NCBI GenBank assembly: GCA_963662465.1
Contig: OY759599.1
Span: forward strand, 544,001-608,000
DNA from: Desulfatiglandales bacterium
Lineage (GTDB): Bacteria; Desulfobacterota; DSM-4660; Desulfatiglandales; Desulfatiglandaceae
Direction of reading: 5' to 3'
Length of the DNA stretch: 64,000 bases
Part shown: positions 1 through 9,418 of the stretch, piece after piece
Layout of the letters: each line of letters begins with the position of its first letter
Position numbering within the stretch: position 1 is the stretch's first letter
Program-made: the position numbers and the translations under genes
The notes under the pieces: generated by a model
What the model was told of the DNA's origin: nothing
The model's input: the letters and a program-made list of their open reading frames with translations, nothing else
The model's database searches: none

Positions 1-327
1 TTTTCGCCAAAACACAAGGCGAATTTGAGTGTCACCTATCAGATGCTCCGGAATTTCGAAGTGAGCGGTTTTTTGAGGTACTTAAGCAAGCAGCAGACCA
101 ATGACGACAATACCGAATACACCTCTTCCGGTGAAGCGAAATACATGCCGTCCTCATTTGTGGTGGATTTCAAGGGGGTCAAGCATTTTCCCGTGCAAGA
201 TGGCGTTCTCAAAAATATTGACCTGGCGTTGAGTGTGGACAACATCTTTAATGCTAACTACCGGGCCTTTTACATTTATGAAGACCCGGGACGGACCTTT
301 TTCGGGGAGGTAAAGTTTTTCTTTTAA
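1..327 (+). CDS. TonB-dependent outer-membrane receptor, C-terminal part (truncated by window edge)
   Basis: Frame 1 is open from base 1. Ends LSVDNIFNANY...PGRTFFGEVKFFF, a typical TBDR C-terminal motif with terminal Phe. Confidence 0.85.
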   Translation, partial: FSPKHKANLSVTYQMLRNFEVSGFLRYLSKQQTNDDNTEYTSSGEAKYMPSSFVVDFKGVKHFPVQDGVLKNIDLALSVDNIFNANYRAFYIYEDPGRTFFGEVKFFF

Positions 328-335
328 CGGGAACC

Positions 336-2003
336 ATGGGATTTTCTTTTCATCATAACGCCTCATCCAGGGCTTATGGCCTCGGATGGGGTCTCCTGCT
401 GATGGCCTGTCTTTTGTTGGGCCTCGGGTGTTCAAGGGAGGAGGCGCCGGCAAGGGCCGACTTTTCCGAGCCGGTTCTTCGTATTGGGACCACCATGGTC
501 GTCAAACAGGCCAACCCGGTGGCCGACTATTATTACAACATTCTGGCCATGGTCATGACCCACGATTCCCTGGTGCGTTTCGATGAAAACCTGAATCCCG
601 TTCCCCAACTGGCCGTCAAGTTCGGTTCCGATGAGAAGGCGCGGGTTTGGACATTTGATCTGAACCCTCGCGCCAGGTGGCATGACGGGAAACCGGTGAT
701 GCCCGATGATGTGAAGTTCACCTTTGAATATCTTGCTAAAAACCATGTTTCGGGGGGCTGGGTAGGCAGGATCATCGATAAAATTGAAACCCGGGACCAC
801 CAGGTCATCTTTCATTTGAAACAACCCTACAGTCGATTTCTAATCAATGCGGGGTTCGTGGTGCGCATCCTGCCGCGCCATATCTGGGAGGGGATCTCCG
901 ATCCCCATGAGACTCGCGCCGCGGGGGTTGCCATGGGGTGTGGTCCTTACCGATTGGATGCGTTTGATCGAAGCGCCGGAACCCTTCGGTTTAGTGTCAA
1001 TCGCGACTATTACGGCCCTTGTCCCCAAACAACCCATGTGAATTTTCGTACCTATGGCACTATGGATCTTCTGGCCCTGGCGCTGATCAAGGGGGAGGTG
1101 GATCTTCAGTATCAATATGCCGCGGGGATGCCGGTGCCCTATGTGGAAAAACTTGACGCACAACCCCATTTGGCTTCCATGGCGACAGGGTCCATGGGGA
1201 TTCCGGCGGTATTGGGATTTAATCTTGAAAGCCCCCGGGTGGCGGTCCCGGCCGTACGACGGGCCGTAGCCCTGGCCATGGACTATTCACAGATAAACGC
1301 CTGCCTCATGAAAGGGAAGGGGATGATCCCCTCCCCGGGAATGGTGCCTTCGCCTTTTCCGTTTCAGGTGAATATGACCCCCTGGAAACAGGATCTTGAG
1401 CAAAGTCGGCGCCTTCTGGCATCTGAAGGGTGGATGGATCGGGATGGCGATGGGATACTGGAAACGACCGGAAAGGTTCCCGGGGTCCTGACCCTTCTGG
1501 TTCGGTCCGATCTCTGGGGGGAAAATCAGATGGTGAAGCTGCTGGCCCGGGATCTGGGGAAGATCGGTCTGGGACTCAAGGTTCGATCGGCGGATCTGTC
1601 CACCTATCTCGCTTTTTTGAAGGAGGGCGCCTATGACCTGGTGTTGTTTCGCACCACCCCATGGGGGATGATGATGAATGCCGGGTACGGGACGGGATAC
1701 TTTGACGCCGGGACAACGGGGAGTCTCAACATGTGCCGTGTTAAAGACGAGGCCTTTTTCAATCTGTGCAACGGGATTTTGGAAAACACCGATCCGGACC
1801 GCCTCAAAACCCTCTACGCGGAGGTGCAGCGTTATTACGCAAAACACCTGCCCGCCGTAGCCCTCTGTTGGGGCCGAAGCTTTTTTTGCTATAACACGGC
1901 CTGGCAGGGTTTTCACATCAATCAGCTGGAGGGGGGGTTGGCCAACCGGTTTTCCTGGGAGACCCTGGCGTACTCCCAGCCGGAAAGGGCCGCGGTCCAA
2001 TAG
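336..2003 (+). CDS. ABC transporter substrate-binding lipoprotein, family 5 (peptide/nickel)
   Basis: Lipobox LGLGC; motifs P.LA..., WTF.L...ARWHDGKPV..DDVKFTF, GCGPY, DRDGDGILE. Confidence 0.92.
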   Translation: MGFSFHHNASSRAYGLGWGLLLMACLLLGLGCSREEAPARADFSEPVLRIGTTMVVKQANPVADYYYNILAMVMTHDSLVRFDENLNPVPQLAVKFGSDEKARVWTFDLNPRARWHDGKPVMPDDVKFTFEYLAKNHVSGGWVGRIIDKIETRDHQVIFHLKQPYSRFLINAGFVVRILPRHIWEGISDPHETRAAGVAMGCGPYRLDAFDRSAGTLRFSVNRDYYGPCPQTTHVNFRTYGTMDLLALALIKGEVDLQYQYAAGMPVPYVEKLDAQPHLASMATGSMGIPAVLGFNLESPRVAVPAVRRAVALAMDYSQINACLMKGKGMIPSPGMVPSPFPFQVNMTPWKQDLEQSRRLLASEGWMDRDGDGILETTGKVPGVLTLLVRSDLWGENQMVKLLARDLGKIGLGLKVRSADLSTYLAFLKEGAYDLVLFRTTPWGMMMNAGYGTGYFDAGTTGSLNMCRVKDEAFFNLCNGILENTDPDRLKTLYAEVQRYYAKHLPAVALCWGRSFFCYNTAWQGFHINQLEGGLANRFSWETLAYSQPERAAVQ

Positions 2004-2006
2004 CCA

Positions 2007-2993
2007 ATGGCGTTTTTGCGGGGCAAGATTTGGCGCTATGGGCTCGCTGTTTTTTTTGTGCTGGGGTTGAATTTTTTCATTGTTCAGCTTCTGCCGGGGG
2101 ATCCCCTGGTCCACCTGGTGGGCGAGGAAACCTATTTTCACCTTCAGGGGACCGATCCCCAGGCGATTGTGGAATTGAGAGCCAGATATGGATTGGACCA
2201 ACCCCTTTATCAGCGCTTTCTCTCATCCATGGCCCATATGGCCCAATTCCGCCTGGGCTGGTCCCATCACTACGGTCAATCCGTGGCGCAAGTTATTTTA
2301 TACCGGCTCAAATGGACCCTGGTGCTTTTATGTCCGGCCTTTGGTTTGTCCGCGGTTCTGGGACTTTTTCTGGGATGCCTTGCGGGACGACCCGGTACAA
2401 ATATTGCCGACCGGATGATGACGCCCCTGTTCCTGACGGTCTATGCGGTTCCCGCCTATTGCCTGGCCTTTCTGCTCCTGCTGGCGTTTGCGCATCTGGG
2501 GAGTTTTTTGCCTTTGGGAGGCATGCGGGAATCGGTCAGTGGGCGCGGTGTTTCACCGTGGGATGTCTGGCGGCATATGGTCCTTCCCCAGACGGTTCTG
2601 GTGCTTCATGCCACCGCCTATCTTTATATGATCATGCGAAGCACGGTTCGGCAAACCTTCAGGGAAGATTATGTGATCACTGCCCTGTCTAAGGGGTTGA
2701 CGCGGAGAAGGGTGCTGTTGCGCCATGTGCTTCTAAACGCACTTCCGTCTTATGCTGCGGCCGTGGCGATTAATTTCGGCTTTATCGCGGGGGGGGCGCT
2801 CCTGGTGGAGGTGGTGTTCTCCTGGCAGGGGATGGGGTCTCTCATGTATGAGGCCGTCATGTCGCGGGATTACCCGATCCTCTCGGGTTGCTTCCTGATT
2901 TTGTCCCTTGCGGTGATCGGCGCCAACATGATGGCGGATATTTTCTGTATGTTCATTGATCCCAGATTAAGAGATGACCCGGCGACCCTTTAA
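2007..2993 (+). CDS. ABC transporter permease (DppB/OppB-like)
   Basis: LPGDP N-terminus, YGLDQPL, EAA-type loop DYVITALSKGL, EVVFSWQGMG, RDYP. Confidence 0.93.
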   Translation: MAFLRGKIWRYGLAVFFVLGLNFFIVQLLPGDPLVHLVGEETYFHLQGTDPQAIVELRARYGLDQPLYQRFLSSMAHMAQFRLGWSHHYGQSVAQVILYRLKWTLVLLCPAFGLSAVLGLFLGCLAGRPGTNIADRMMTPLFLTVYAVPAYCLAFLLLLAFAHLGSFLPLGGMRESVSGRGVSPWDVWRHMVLPQTVLVLHATAYLYMIMRSTVRQTFREDYVITALSKGLTRRRVLLRHVLLNALPSYAAAVAINFGFIAGGALLVEVVFSWQGMGSLMYEAVMSRDYPILSGCFLILSLAVIGANMMADIFCMFIDPRLRDDPATL

Positions 2994-4770
2994 ACGTATC
3001 GCAAAAATGGCGCCGGTCGCAATCCTGTCGGGGTTGCTCCTGGCGGCCGTCTTTCCCGGTTTCCTGGCGCCCGTTTCACCCGGAATTCTGGATTTACCCT
3101 ACATGGCGCCCGATTCCCGGCACCTTCTGGGGACGGACAATATCGGGCAGGATCTGCTGAGCGAACTCATCCATTCGGCGCGCATCAGCCTGACCGTGGC
3201 ATTCCTGGCGTCTTTTCTGGCCACTTTCCTGGGGACCCTTGTGGGGACGGTATCCGGTTATTTCGGAGGGGCGTGGGATGAGTGGCTCATGCGCATTACC
3301 GACGTGTTTTTGCTGGTGCCGAGTTTGCCCCTCATCATTCTTCTGGCCGCTTATATGGATTCAGGTCTGGTTGGCATCGGTCTGGTCATCGGCATGACGG
3401 CCTGGCCCGGTACGGCCCGGGTGGTCAGGGCCAACGTTCAACAGGAACGCGGGAAAAACTATGTTCGAAACGCTCAAGCCATTGGGGCCGGGCATTTTTA
3501 CGTGATGGCGGTCCACATTTTGCCCGGTATTTTTGAGGTGGTTCTGGCCAAGGGAACCCTGGCTGCGGCCTCGGCCATGGTGGCGGAAGCCGGGGTGAGT
3601 TTTCTGGGATTGGGGGATCCCGGCTTTAAGAGCTGGGGGGCCATGCTGCACGAGGCATTTACCGGGGGTGGTCTGTTAAACGGTGCTTACGGGTGGTATT
3701 TGCCCCCCATTTTCTGCATTTCCATGACGGTGTTGTGCCTGACCCTGGTGGGACAACGATGGATTGAAGTTGAAGATGAAAATTCGGGTATGGTGGGCGC
3801 TTTGGGACATGCTCCCTTAAGTCCCTTGAAGCATGAGGCGGGGGATGAACTTCGGGTGAAGAACCTGTCCGTCGATTTCCTTGGCTCGGACGGGAGTGTT
3901 TCCCGTGCCCTTGATCAGGTGACGCTGACTGTGGATCAGGGGGATCATCTCGCCGTCGTGGGTGAAACGGGGAGTGGTAAAAGCGTGCTGTTGCTGGCAC
4001 TCATGGGTCTTCTGCCGCATAATGTTGCGGTAATGGGGAAGATTGGGTTTAAAGGTCTGAACCTTTGCGCACTTTCGGAAAATGGGTTTCAAAAGCTTCG
4101 AGGACGGCATCTGGCCTATGTTCCCCAGGGGGCCGGGCAGGCCTTGAATCCTTTGATGCGGGTGGGGCTCCAGGTGGCGGAGCCGGCCCGGATACATCAA
4201 GGACTGTCCAGGGCCGAGGCCATGGAAAAGGCGGTTAAAATCCTAAAACGGTTGGGGATTCCCCAGGTTCGGCGGCGCAGTCGGGAGTATCCCCATCAGT
4301 ATAGCGGGGGGATGGTTCAACGGGCTTTGGTGGCCATGGGGCTGGTGTCAGGGGCTTCCCTGATACTCCTGGACGAACCCACCAAAGGACTGGATCCCGA
4401 AAACAGGGACATGATGCTTCATATCTTAGAACAGCTTAATCCAAAGACCTTCGTGCTGGTGACCCATGATCTGGTATTTGCCCAAGGGTTTGCCGACAGG
4501 ATAGTGGTGATGCTCAATTCTCGAATGGTTGAAACGGGACCTGCAAAGGACTTTTTTCATAGACCCCTTCATCCCTATTCCGAAGCCCTGCTCAAGGCTC
4601 AGCCCCGGTATGGCCTTGAGGTTGGGCGTCATTTCAATGCACGGTTTTTTCACCCGTCGGGTTGTCCCTTTGGCGCCCGTTGCCCCAGGGCTTTTGAAAA
4701 ATGTCGGCGTATGCCGCCGCCAACGGATGTGGGGGAGCGATTTGTGAGGTGCTGGCATTATGGTGCTTAG
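2974..4770 (+). CDS. Fused ABC permease + ATPase (DppC-DppD-like)
   Basis: N-half HLLGTDNIGQD...SFLGLG; C-half Walker A GETGSGKS, YPHQYSGGM, LLDEPT, HPYS and Cys-rich tail GCPF..RCP..C. Confidence 0.9.
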   Translation: MTRRPFKRIAKMAPVAILSGLLLAAVFPGFLAPVSPGILDLPYMAPDSRHLLGTDNIGQDLLSELIHSARISLTVAFLASFLATFLGTLVGTVSGYFGGAWDEWLMRITDVFLLVPSLPLIILLAAYMDSGLVGIGLVIGMTAWPGTARVVRANVQQERGKNYVRNAQAIGAGHFYVMAVHILPGIFEVVLAKGTLAAASAMVAEAGVSFLGLGDPGFKSWGAMLHEAFTGGGLLNGAYGWYLPPIFCISMTVLCLTLVGQRWIEVEDENSGMVGALGHAPLSPLKHEAGDELRVKNLSVDFLGSDGSVSRALDQVTLTVDQGDHLAVVGETGSGKSVLLLALMGLLPHNVAVMGKIGFKGLNLCALSENGFQKLRGRHLAYVPQGAGQALNPLMRVGLQVAEPARIHQGLSRAEAMEKAVKILKRLGIPQVRRRSREYPHQYSGGMVQRALVAMGLVSGASLILLDEPTKGLDPENRDMMLHILEQLNPKTFVLVTHDLVFAQGFADRIVVMLNSRMVETGPAKDFFHRPLHPYSEALLKAQPRYGLEVGRHFNARFFHPSGCPFGARCPRAFEKCRRMPPPTDVGERFVRCWHYGA

Positions 4771-5446
4771 CACTCAGGACCTGTATAAGGGATTTACCGG
4801 CGGGCGACGGAGAAAAAACAGAACCGCCGTGTTGGAGGGGGTCGGGTTGTCCCTGAACCGGGGGGAAACCGTGGGGATTGTGGGGGGAAGCGGTGCGGGT
4901 AAGACCACTCTGGCCCTTATCCTGTGCGGCCTGCTGCGACCGGACCGGGGGGAGGTGTGGTTCAGGGGGGCGAAGGTTGGGCCTCGATCCAAAGGCAGCC
5001 TTCACCGTTTCGTGCAGATGGTATGGCAGCATCCGGAAACCGCCTTCAACCCCCGATGGAAGCTGATGCGAAGTTTAAAAGAACCGCTGGTGATACATCA
5101 TTTGCCCGTGACGCCCGGGCTTCTGGAATCGCGGTTGGATCAGGTGGATCTGGATCCGGAGGTGCTGGATCGGCGGCCCCGGCAGCTGAGCGGTGGGGAA
5201 TTGCAGCGCCTGGCCCTGGCCCGAGCCCTGATTTTGGATCCGGATGTCATCATCTTGGACGAACCCACCAGCATGCTGGACGCCCTGACCCAGGCTCAGG
5301 TCATAGGTATGCTTCGGGACATTCAACGCAAAACCGGCGTCGCTTATTTGTTGATCAGTCACGACAGGGAGTTGGTGCGGATCTTCAGCCATCGCGCCTA
5401 TGGGCTTGGGCGTGGAAAACTCAAATCTTTGGAAACGTCAGGGTAG
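4760..5446 (+). CDS. ABC transporter ATP-binding protein (DppF/NikE-like)
   Basis: GGSGAGKTT, LSGGELQR, ILDEPTS, ISHD. Confidence 0.93.
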   Translation: MVLSTQDLYKGFTGGRRRKNRTAVLEGVGLSLNRGETVGIVGGSGAGKTTLALILCGLLRPDRGEVWFRGAKVGPRSKGSLHRFVQMVWQHPETAFNPRWKLMRSLKEPLVIHHLPVTPGLLESRLDQVDLDPEVLDRRPRQLSGGELQRLALARALILDPDVIILDEPTSMLDALTQAQVIGMLRDIQRKTGVAYLLISHDRELVRIFSHRAYGLGRGKLKSLETSG

Positions 5447-5451
5447 GCACT

Positions 5452-6303
5452 ATGTCCATGAATGGGGGTAATGATTCGTTGTCTCGACAATTGGGATGTT
5501 CTGAATCGGGGGTCTGGGCAAAGAGATGGGGTCGTCAAATGGTCCTTTGGCGCCGGGAACGCATGGGGAAACGGGAAAACGTCAATTCCAGAGGGTTCTG
5601 GGACGGCTTTGATCTGTGGGAGGCCTATGAATCCTACACCGGCTATCCGGGTGAACTGATGGCGCCCATTTTAGGGCGCATCGATGGGCACACAACGGTC
5701 CTGGATGTGGGTGCGGGGAGCGGCGGCCTGGCCCTGCCCATGGCCCTGGCGGCAGATCGGGTTACGGCGGTTGAACCGTCTTCGGCCCAATGCAAACGGC
5801 TGCGGCGAAAGGCCCTTGCATTGGACCTCAATAACCTGGTTGTGGTGGAAAAGGCCTGGGAGGAAGTGGGCATGGAAGGGGTGGCGTCCCATGATATTGT
5901 GACCGCGGGCTACGCTCTGTTTATGGATGACATTCAGGGGGCGCTTTTGAAAATGCACCGTATGGCCCGCAAAAAAATCTTCCTGGTACATTTGGCGCAC
6001 CACGATCTGCAAGAGGCCATGGCCGGAATCCTGGATCGCCGAATTTCCTTCCCCGACCAAAACATGCTCTTCAATGTGCTGAAAGAATTGGGGTGGGAAG
6101 TCCGGTCCCGAATTTTTACCCGGAATTTCCAATTGCCTCTGGAACTTCAAATGAATATGTTCCGGTATTCCCAGGGGTTTGATGACCGGGAGGTGAGGAG
6201 CATGGAAGATTATCTTCAAAAGGCGGGCCGGGTTTTTATGCGGCGGGAGGAGGCCTGGGTGCGTCGTCGATATGGCGATGCGCTCATATGTGTTTCCAAA
6301 TGA
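5452..6303 (+). CDS. Class I SAM-dependent methyltransferase
   Basis: VLDVGAGSG motif I, VTAVEPS. Start moved to ATG 5452, just after the upstream stop. Confidence 0.85.
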   Translation: MSMNGGNDSLSRQLGCSESGVWAKRWGRQMVLWRRERMGKRENVNSRGFWDGFDLWEAYESYTGYPGELMAPILGRIDGHTTVLDVGAGSGGLALPMALAADRVTAVEPSSAQCKRLRRKALALDLNNLVVVEKAWEEVGMEGVASHDIVTAGYALFMDDIQGALLKMHRMARKKIFLVHLAHHDLQEAMAGILDRRISFPDQNMLFNVLKELGWEVRSRIFTRNFQLPLELQMNMFRYSQGFDDREVRSMEDYLQKAGRVFMRREEAWVRRRYGDALICVSK

Positions 6304-6334
6304 CCTCTTTTCCCACCTGATCCCATCCCACGTT

Positions 6335-7855
6335 TTAGCCTTTGTTTTCAAGGCTTTCGGCGGGTAGGTAAATGTCTACGGTGGTGCCGACACTTATCTG
6401 AGAATTGATTTCCATATTCCCGTCGTGCTTTCGGACAATGGCGGATGCCGTTGCAAGCCCAAGCCCCATTCCTTTTTGTACGCCCATTTCTTTGGTGGAG
6501 AAATAGGGGTCGAATATCTTGGACATATCTTCTTCAGAAATGCCGACACCCTGGTCCTGAATGGAAATCTTCACATAATCGCCGTTTCTCAGTGGAAGCC
6601 CTGAAGGCTTGTTTTCCGTATGGCTGGGAAAGTTTGTGGCTGCCAGGGTAATGATTCCGCCTTCGGGCATGGATTCCACGGCGTTTGAGATCACATTTTT
6701 AAAAAGCGAACCGATTTGTCCGGCATCATATGAGATCGGTCGGAGGTTTTCGGAAATGGTGATGTGGAATCGAATGTGGGGTCCGGTCGTTATGCTGTTT
6801 GCGATGTTGTGCAATAAGGTTTTCAGGGCGCCGGTTTTTTTGATGGGCATCCCGCCCCGGGAAAGGGCCATGAGTTCATGGGTCAGGTCTTTGGCTTTAA
6901 GGGACGCTGTTTCGATGCGGCTCAAAAACTGGACCATGTCATCGCCCGGTTTTGTAACCGTTTCGATCATGGACAGGTTGCCCAGAATGATGGCCAGCAG
7001 GTTGTTGTAATCATGAGCGATGCCGCCGGTCAGGGTGGCGATGGCCTCCATTTTTCGGGTTTGCTGGAGTTGTGCTTCAAGTCTTTTTTTCTCCCTTTGG
7101 CTTTCGATGCGTTGTGTTATGTCCCGTCCGATGCCGTTGATATAGGGTTCGCCGGTTTCCGATAGTACCAGTTTACTTTCGTACTCGATGTAGAACCGGG
7201 TTCCGTCTTTTCGGCATGAGGTTAGCATGCCGGAATAATATTTCTGTTTTTTCAGGTTCTCAAGATATTCGCTTTCAAATAAAGATCTTGATTCCGGCGG
7301 CATGAAATCGGCGGCGCTTCGTCCGATGATTTCTTCTTTTTGATATCCGTAGGTTTTTTCGAGGGAAGGGTTTATGGAGATGAATCGTCCTTCGAGATCC
7401 TGGGTATAAATCAGGTCATTGGTGGATTCAAACAGGTCCCTGAAACGTTGTTCCGATTGGCGAAGGGCCGTTTCCATTTTCCTTTTGTGAAGGGCGATTT
7501 CCACAAAAGCCCGTACTTCCTCCTCTTCAACGGGTTTCATGACATAACCGAAAGGTTCAATCCGTTTCGCTCTTTCGACCAGTTCCGGGTCACCCATGCC
7601 GGTCAGGAAGACAACGGCCACATTGGAAGTTTTCTTGATTTCTTCGGCGGCCTTGATGCCGTCGATGGGCCCCGGCATCAAGATATCCATAAGGATGAGA
7701 TCGGGTTTGAGTCGACCGGCCATCTCTATGGCTTCTTGTCCGGTTTCGGCGGCGCCCACCACATTGTAATGAAGGGATGAAAGATACTCGCAAAGCAACA
7801 TCTGCATGGTCAGATCGTCATCGACAACCATTATTTTCGGCATATGCGATTCCAC
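6335..7855 (-). CDS. Sensor histidine kinase, REC-PAS-HisKA-HATPase
   Basis: IMVVDDD/LILMDI receiver; PAS; GGIAHDYNNLL H-box; NAVESM, DQGVGI, FDPYFSTK, GLGL. Confidence 0.93.
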   Translation of the reverse strand: MESHMPKIMVVDDDLTMQMLLCEYLSSLHYNVVGAAETGQEAIEMAGRLKPDLILMDILMPGPIDGIKAAEEIKKTSNVAVVFLTGMGDPELVERAKRIEPFGYVMKPVEEEEVRAFVEIALHKRKMETALRQSEQRFRDLFESTNDLIYTQDLEGRFISINPSLEKTYGYQKEEIIGRSAADFMPPESRSLFESEYLENLKKQKYYSGMLTSCRKDGTRFYIEYESKLVLSETGEPYINGIGRDITQRIESQREKKRLEAQLQQTRKMEAIATLTGGIAHDYNNLLAIILGNLSMIETVTKPGDDMVQFLSRIETASLKAKDLTHELMALSRGGMPIKKTGALKTLLHNIANSITTGPHIRFHITISENLRPISYDAGQIGSLFKNVISNAVESMPEGGIITLAATNFPSHTENKPSGLPLRNGDYVKISIQDQGVGISEEDMSKIFDPYFSTKEMGVQKGMGLGLATASAIVRKHDGNMEINSQISVGTTVDIYLPAESLENKG

Positions 7856-8020
7856 TTTTTATGTACCCCCTTAAAACTGTGGATAAAGCTTAATATCTAT
7901 CCTTATAAAACCTGCAAAATTTACAGTATCCCCGGAAGTATGTCAAATGGAAAAAGGAAAAGTAGTTAATTTTTATTGCTTGACTTTATCGTGCCCGGGG
8001 AATTGCCATATAGTCTTTTC

Positions 8021-8104
8021 CTTAAAATCCTTGATGGCGTGAGCTCCACCGCGGCAAAGGGCGAACTGATCTGTATTCTGGGATGCAGCGGTTGCTTACT
8101 CTGA
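8021..8104 (+). pseudogene. Remnant of an ABC ATPase N-terminus
   Basis: Translates LKILDGVSSTAAKGELICILGCSGCLL*, the sequence leading into a Walker A, cut off before GKS/T. Confidence 0.6.
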
Positions 8105-8133
8105 TTTTGACTTGACACATTATGTCGAATCCC

Positions 8134-8191
8134 CTACGGTTTATTCTTAAATTGCGCCTTGAATGGCTACGGTTTATTCTTAAATTGCGCC
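8134..8191 (+). repeat. 25-bp perfect direct repeat x2 (33-bp period)
   Basis: CTACGGTTTATTCTTAAATTGCGCC at 8134-8158 and 8167-8191. Confidence 0.95.
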
Positions 8192-8212
8192 AGCCTTGAA
8201 AGGACCGTTGAT

Positions 8213-9364
8213 TTGAAAGCAATCGTTTCTTCCCTATTGTTGCTGATTATTTTTCTCGGCTTTTCGTTAACAGGCCTTGCAGCGCCTGATATGGAACAGG
8301 CGCCTACTCCGCAAAAAGGAAAAAAACTGGTGGTGGGCATCGACCCGATCCCACCCTTTGCCATACGAACGGAAGAAGGTCAGTGGCATGGCATCAGCTG
8401 GGCCATCTGGCACCTTGCCGCAACCCACCTCGGTTGGACCTATGAGATAAAACGCCTTCCCCTGGAACAGATTATTCCCGCACTCTTGTCAGGCGAAATC
8501 GATATTGCGGCAACAGCCTATGGCATTACGGAAAGGCGCGAAGAAAAAGTTGACTTTACAGTGCCTTACTATTTCAGCGCCTTCGGGATTGCCACTGCGA
8601 AACCCAGAGGCATTCATGCGTGGGCGGTTCTCTTAAAAGACATTTTCTCAAGTCATATTTTGAAACCGATCTTGATTCTGACAGCCATTTTGCTGTTTGT
8701 ATCCCTTCTCTTTTGGCTTTGTGAAAGAAGGCGGGATAGCGGACAAAAAAATGTGGGGTTCTTTGAAGGGATCTGGAATGCATTCCTGTTGTCATCGGAA
8801 ACCATGACAACGGTCGGGTATGGGGAGTATGTTCCCCAAACGCATCTGGGTCGACTGGTGGCATGCATATGGATGTTTGTTTCCATTATCCTTTTGACCT
8901 ACTTTATGGCCAGTTTAACGTCTTCTCTGACCACTATTCAGCTCCGTGAAAGCCGGTATGATCTGGAGGATCTACCCCATATCAGAGTGGGATGCATGGT
9001 CCTGCCATCAAGGAGTGCGCTTTATCTTCAGAAGCACGGTATCCCCCATCAATCCTTCGACACGGTGAAGGCTGCTTTAGAGGCCCTGTGCGAAGGAAAA
9101 ATAGATGCTGTTGTGTATGACTTTTCCACATTGCAGTATCTTGTTCGTAAAGATTTTCGGGAGGAACTCACCGTGCTGCGCCAGACATTCGATCCCAAGT
9201 TTTTCGGCTTGCCGCTTCCCCCGGACAGCCCCCTGCGAAGGCCATTGAATAAGGCAATCCTGAAGGTGATGGCAATGCCCATCTGGCCCAATATCCTGGT
9301 TTCTTATATGGGAAAGGATGCCGTGCCGTCCATGCTTCCCTTTGTTGAGCAAGCCTCTGATTAG
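8213..9364 (+). CDS. GluR0-like ligand-gated K+ channel (SBP family 3 + pore domain)
   Basis: Split SBP3 domain (PPF, ITERREEKVDFTVPY) around TM-pore-TM with K+ selectivity filter TMTTVGYG. Start (TTG 8213 vs 8159) uncertain. Confidence 0.88.
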   Translation: MKAIVSSLLLLIIFLGFSLTGLAAPDMEQAPTPQKGKKLVVGIDPIPPFAIRTEEGQWHGISWAIWHLAATHLGWTYEIKRLPLEQIIPALLSGEIDIAATAYGITERREEKVDFTVPYYFSAFGIATAKPRGIHAWAVLLKDIFSSHILKPILILTAILLFVSLLFWLCERRRDSGQKNVGFFEGIWNAFLLSSETMTTVGYGEYVPQTHLGRLVACIWMFVSIILLTYFMASLTSSLTTIQLRESRYDLEDLPHIRVGCMVLPSRSALYLQKHGIPHQSFDTVKAALEALCEGKIDAVVYDFSTLQYLVRKDFREELTVLRQTFDPKFFGLPLPPDSPLRRPLNKAILKVMAMPIWPNILVSYMGKDAVPSMLPFVEQASD

Positions 9365-9418
9365 AACAAACCGGAAAGACTGATCCATGTCAGGTTACCG
9401 CCTTGTTTTTAACCCTTT

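Noticed and set aside
1287..2201. Long antisense ORFs (also 14987-16036, 27855-28817, 20315-21181 and others)
   Set aside because: Shadow frames of well-supported genes, with no recognisable motifs
4924..5451. N-terminal extension of the 459-aa ORF
   Set aside because: Overlaps the ABC ATPase in another frame with low-complexity translation; the methyltransferase most plausibly starts at 5452 or later
7878..7886. Perfect DnaA box (TGTGGATAA)
   Set aside because: Single isolated box with no cluster or origin context; another copy lies inside a CDS at 16641
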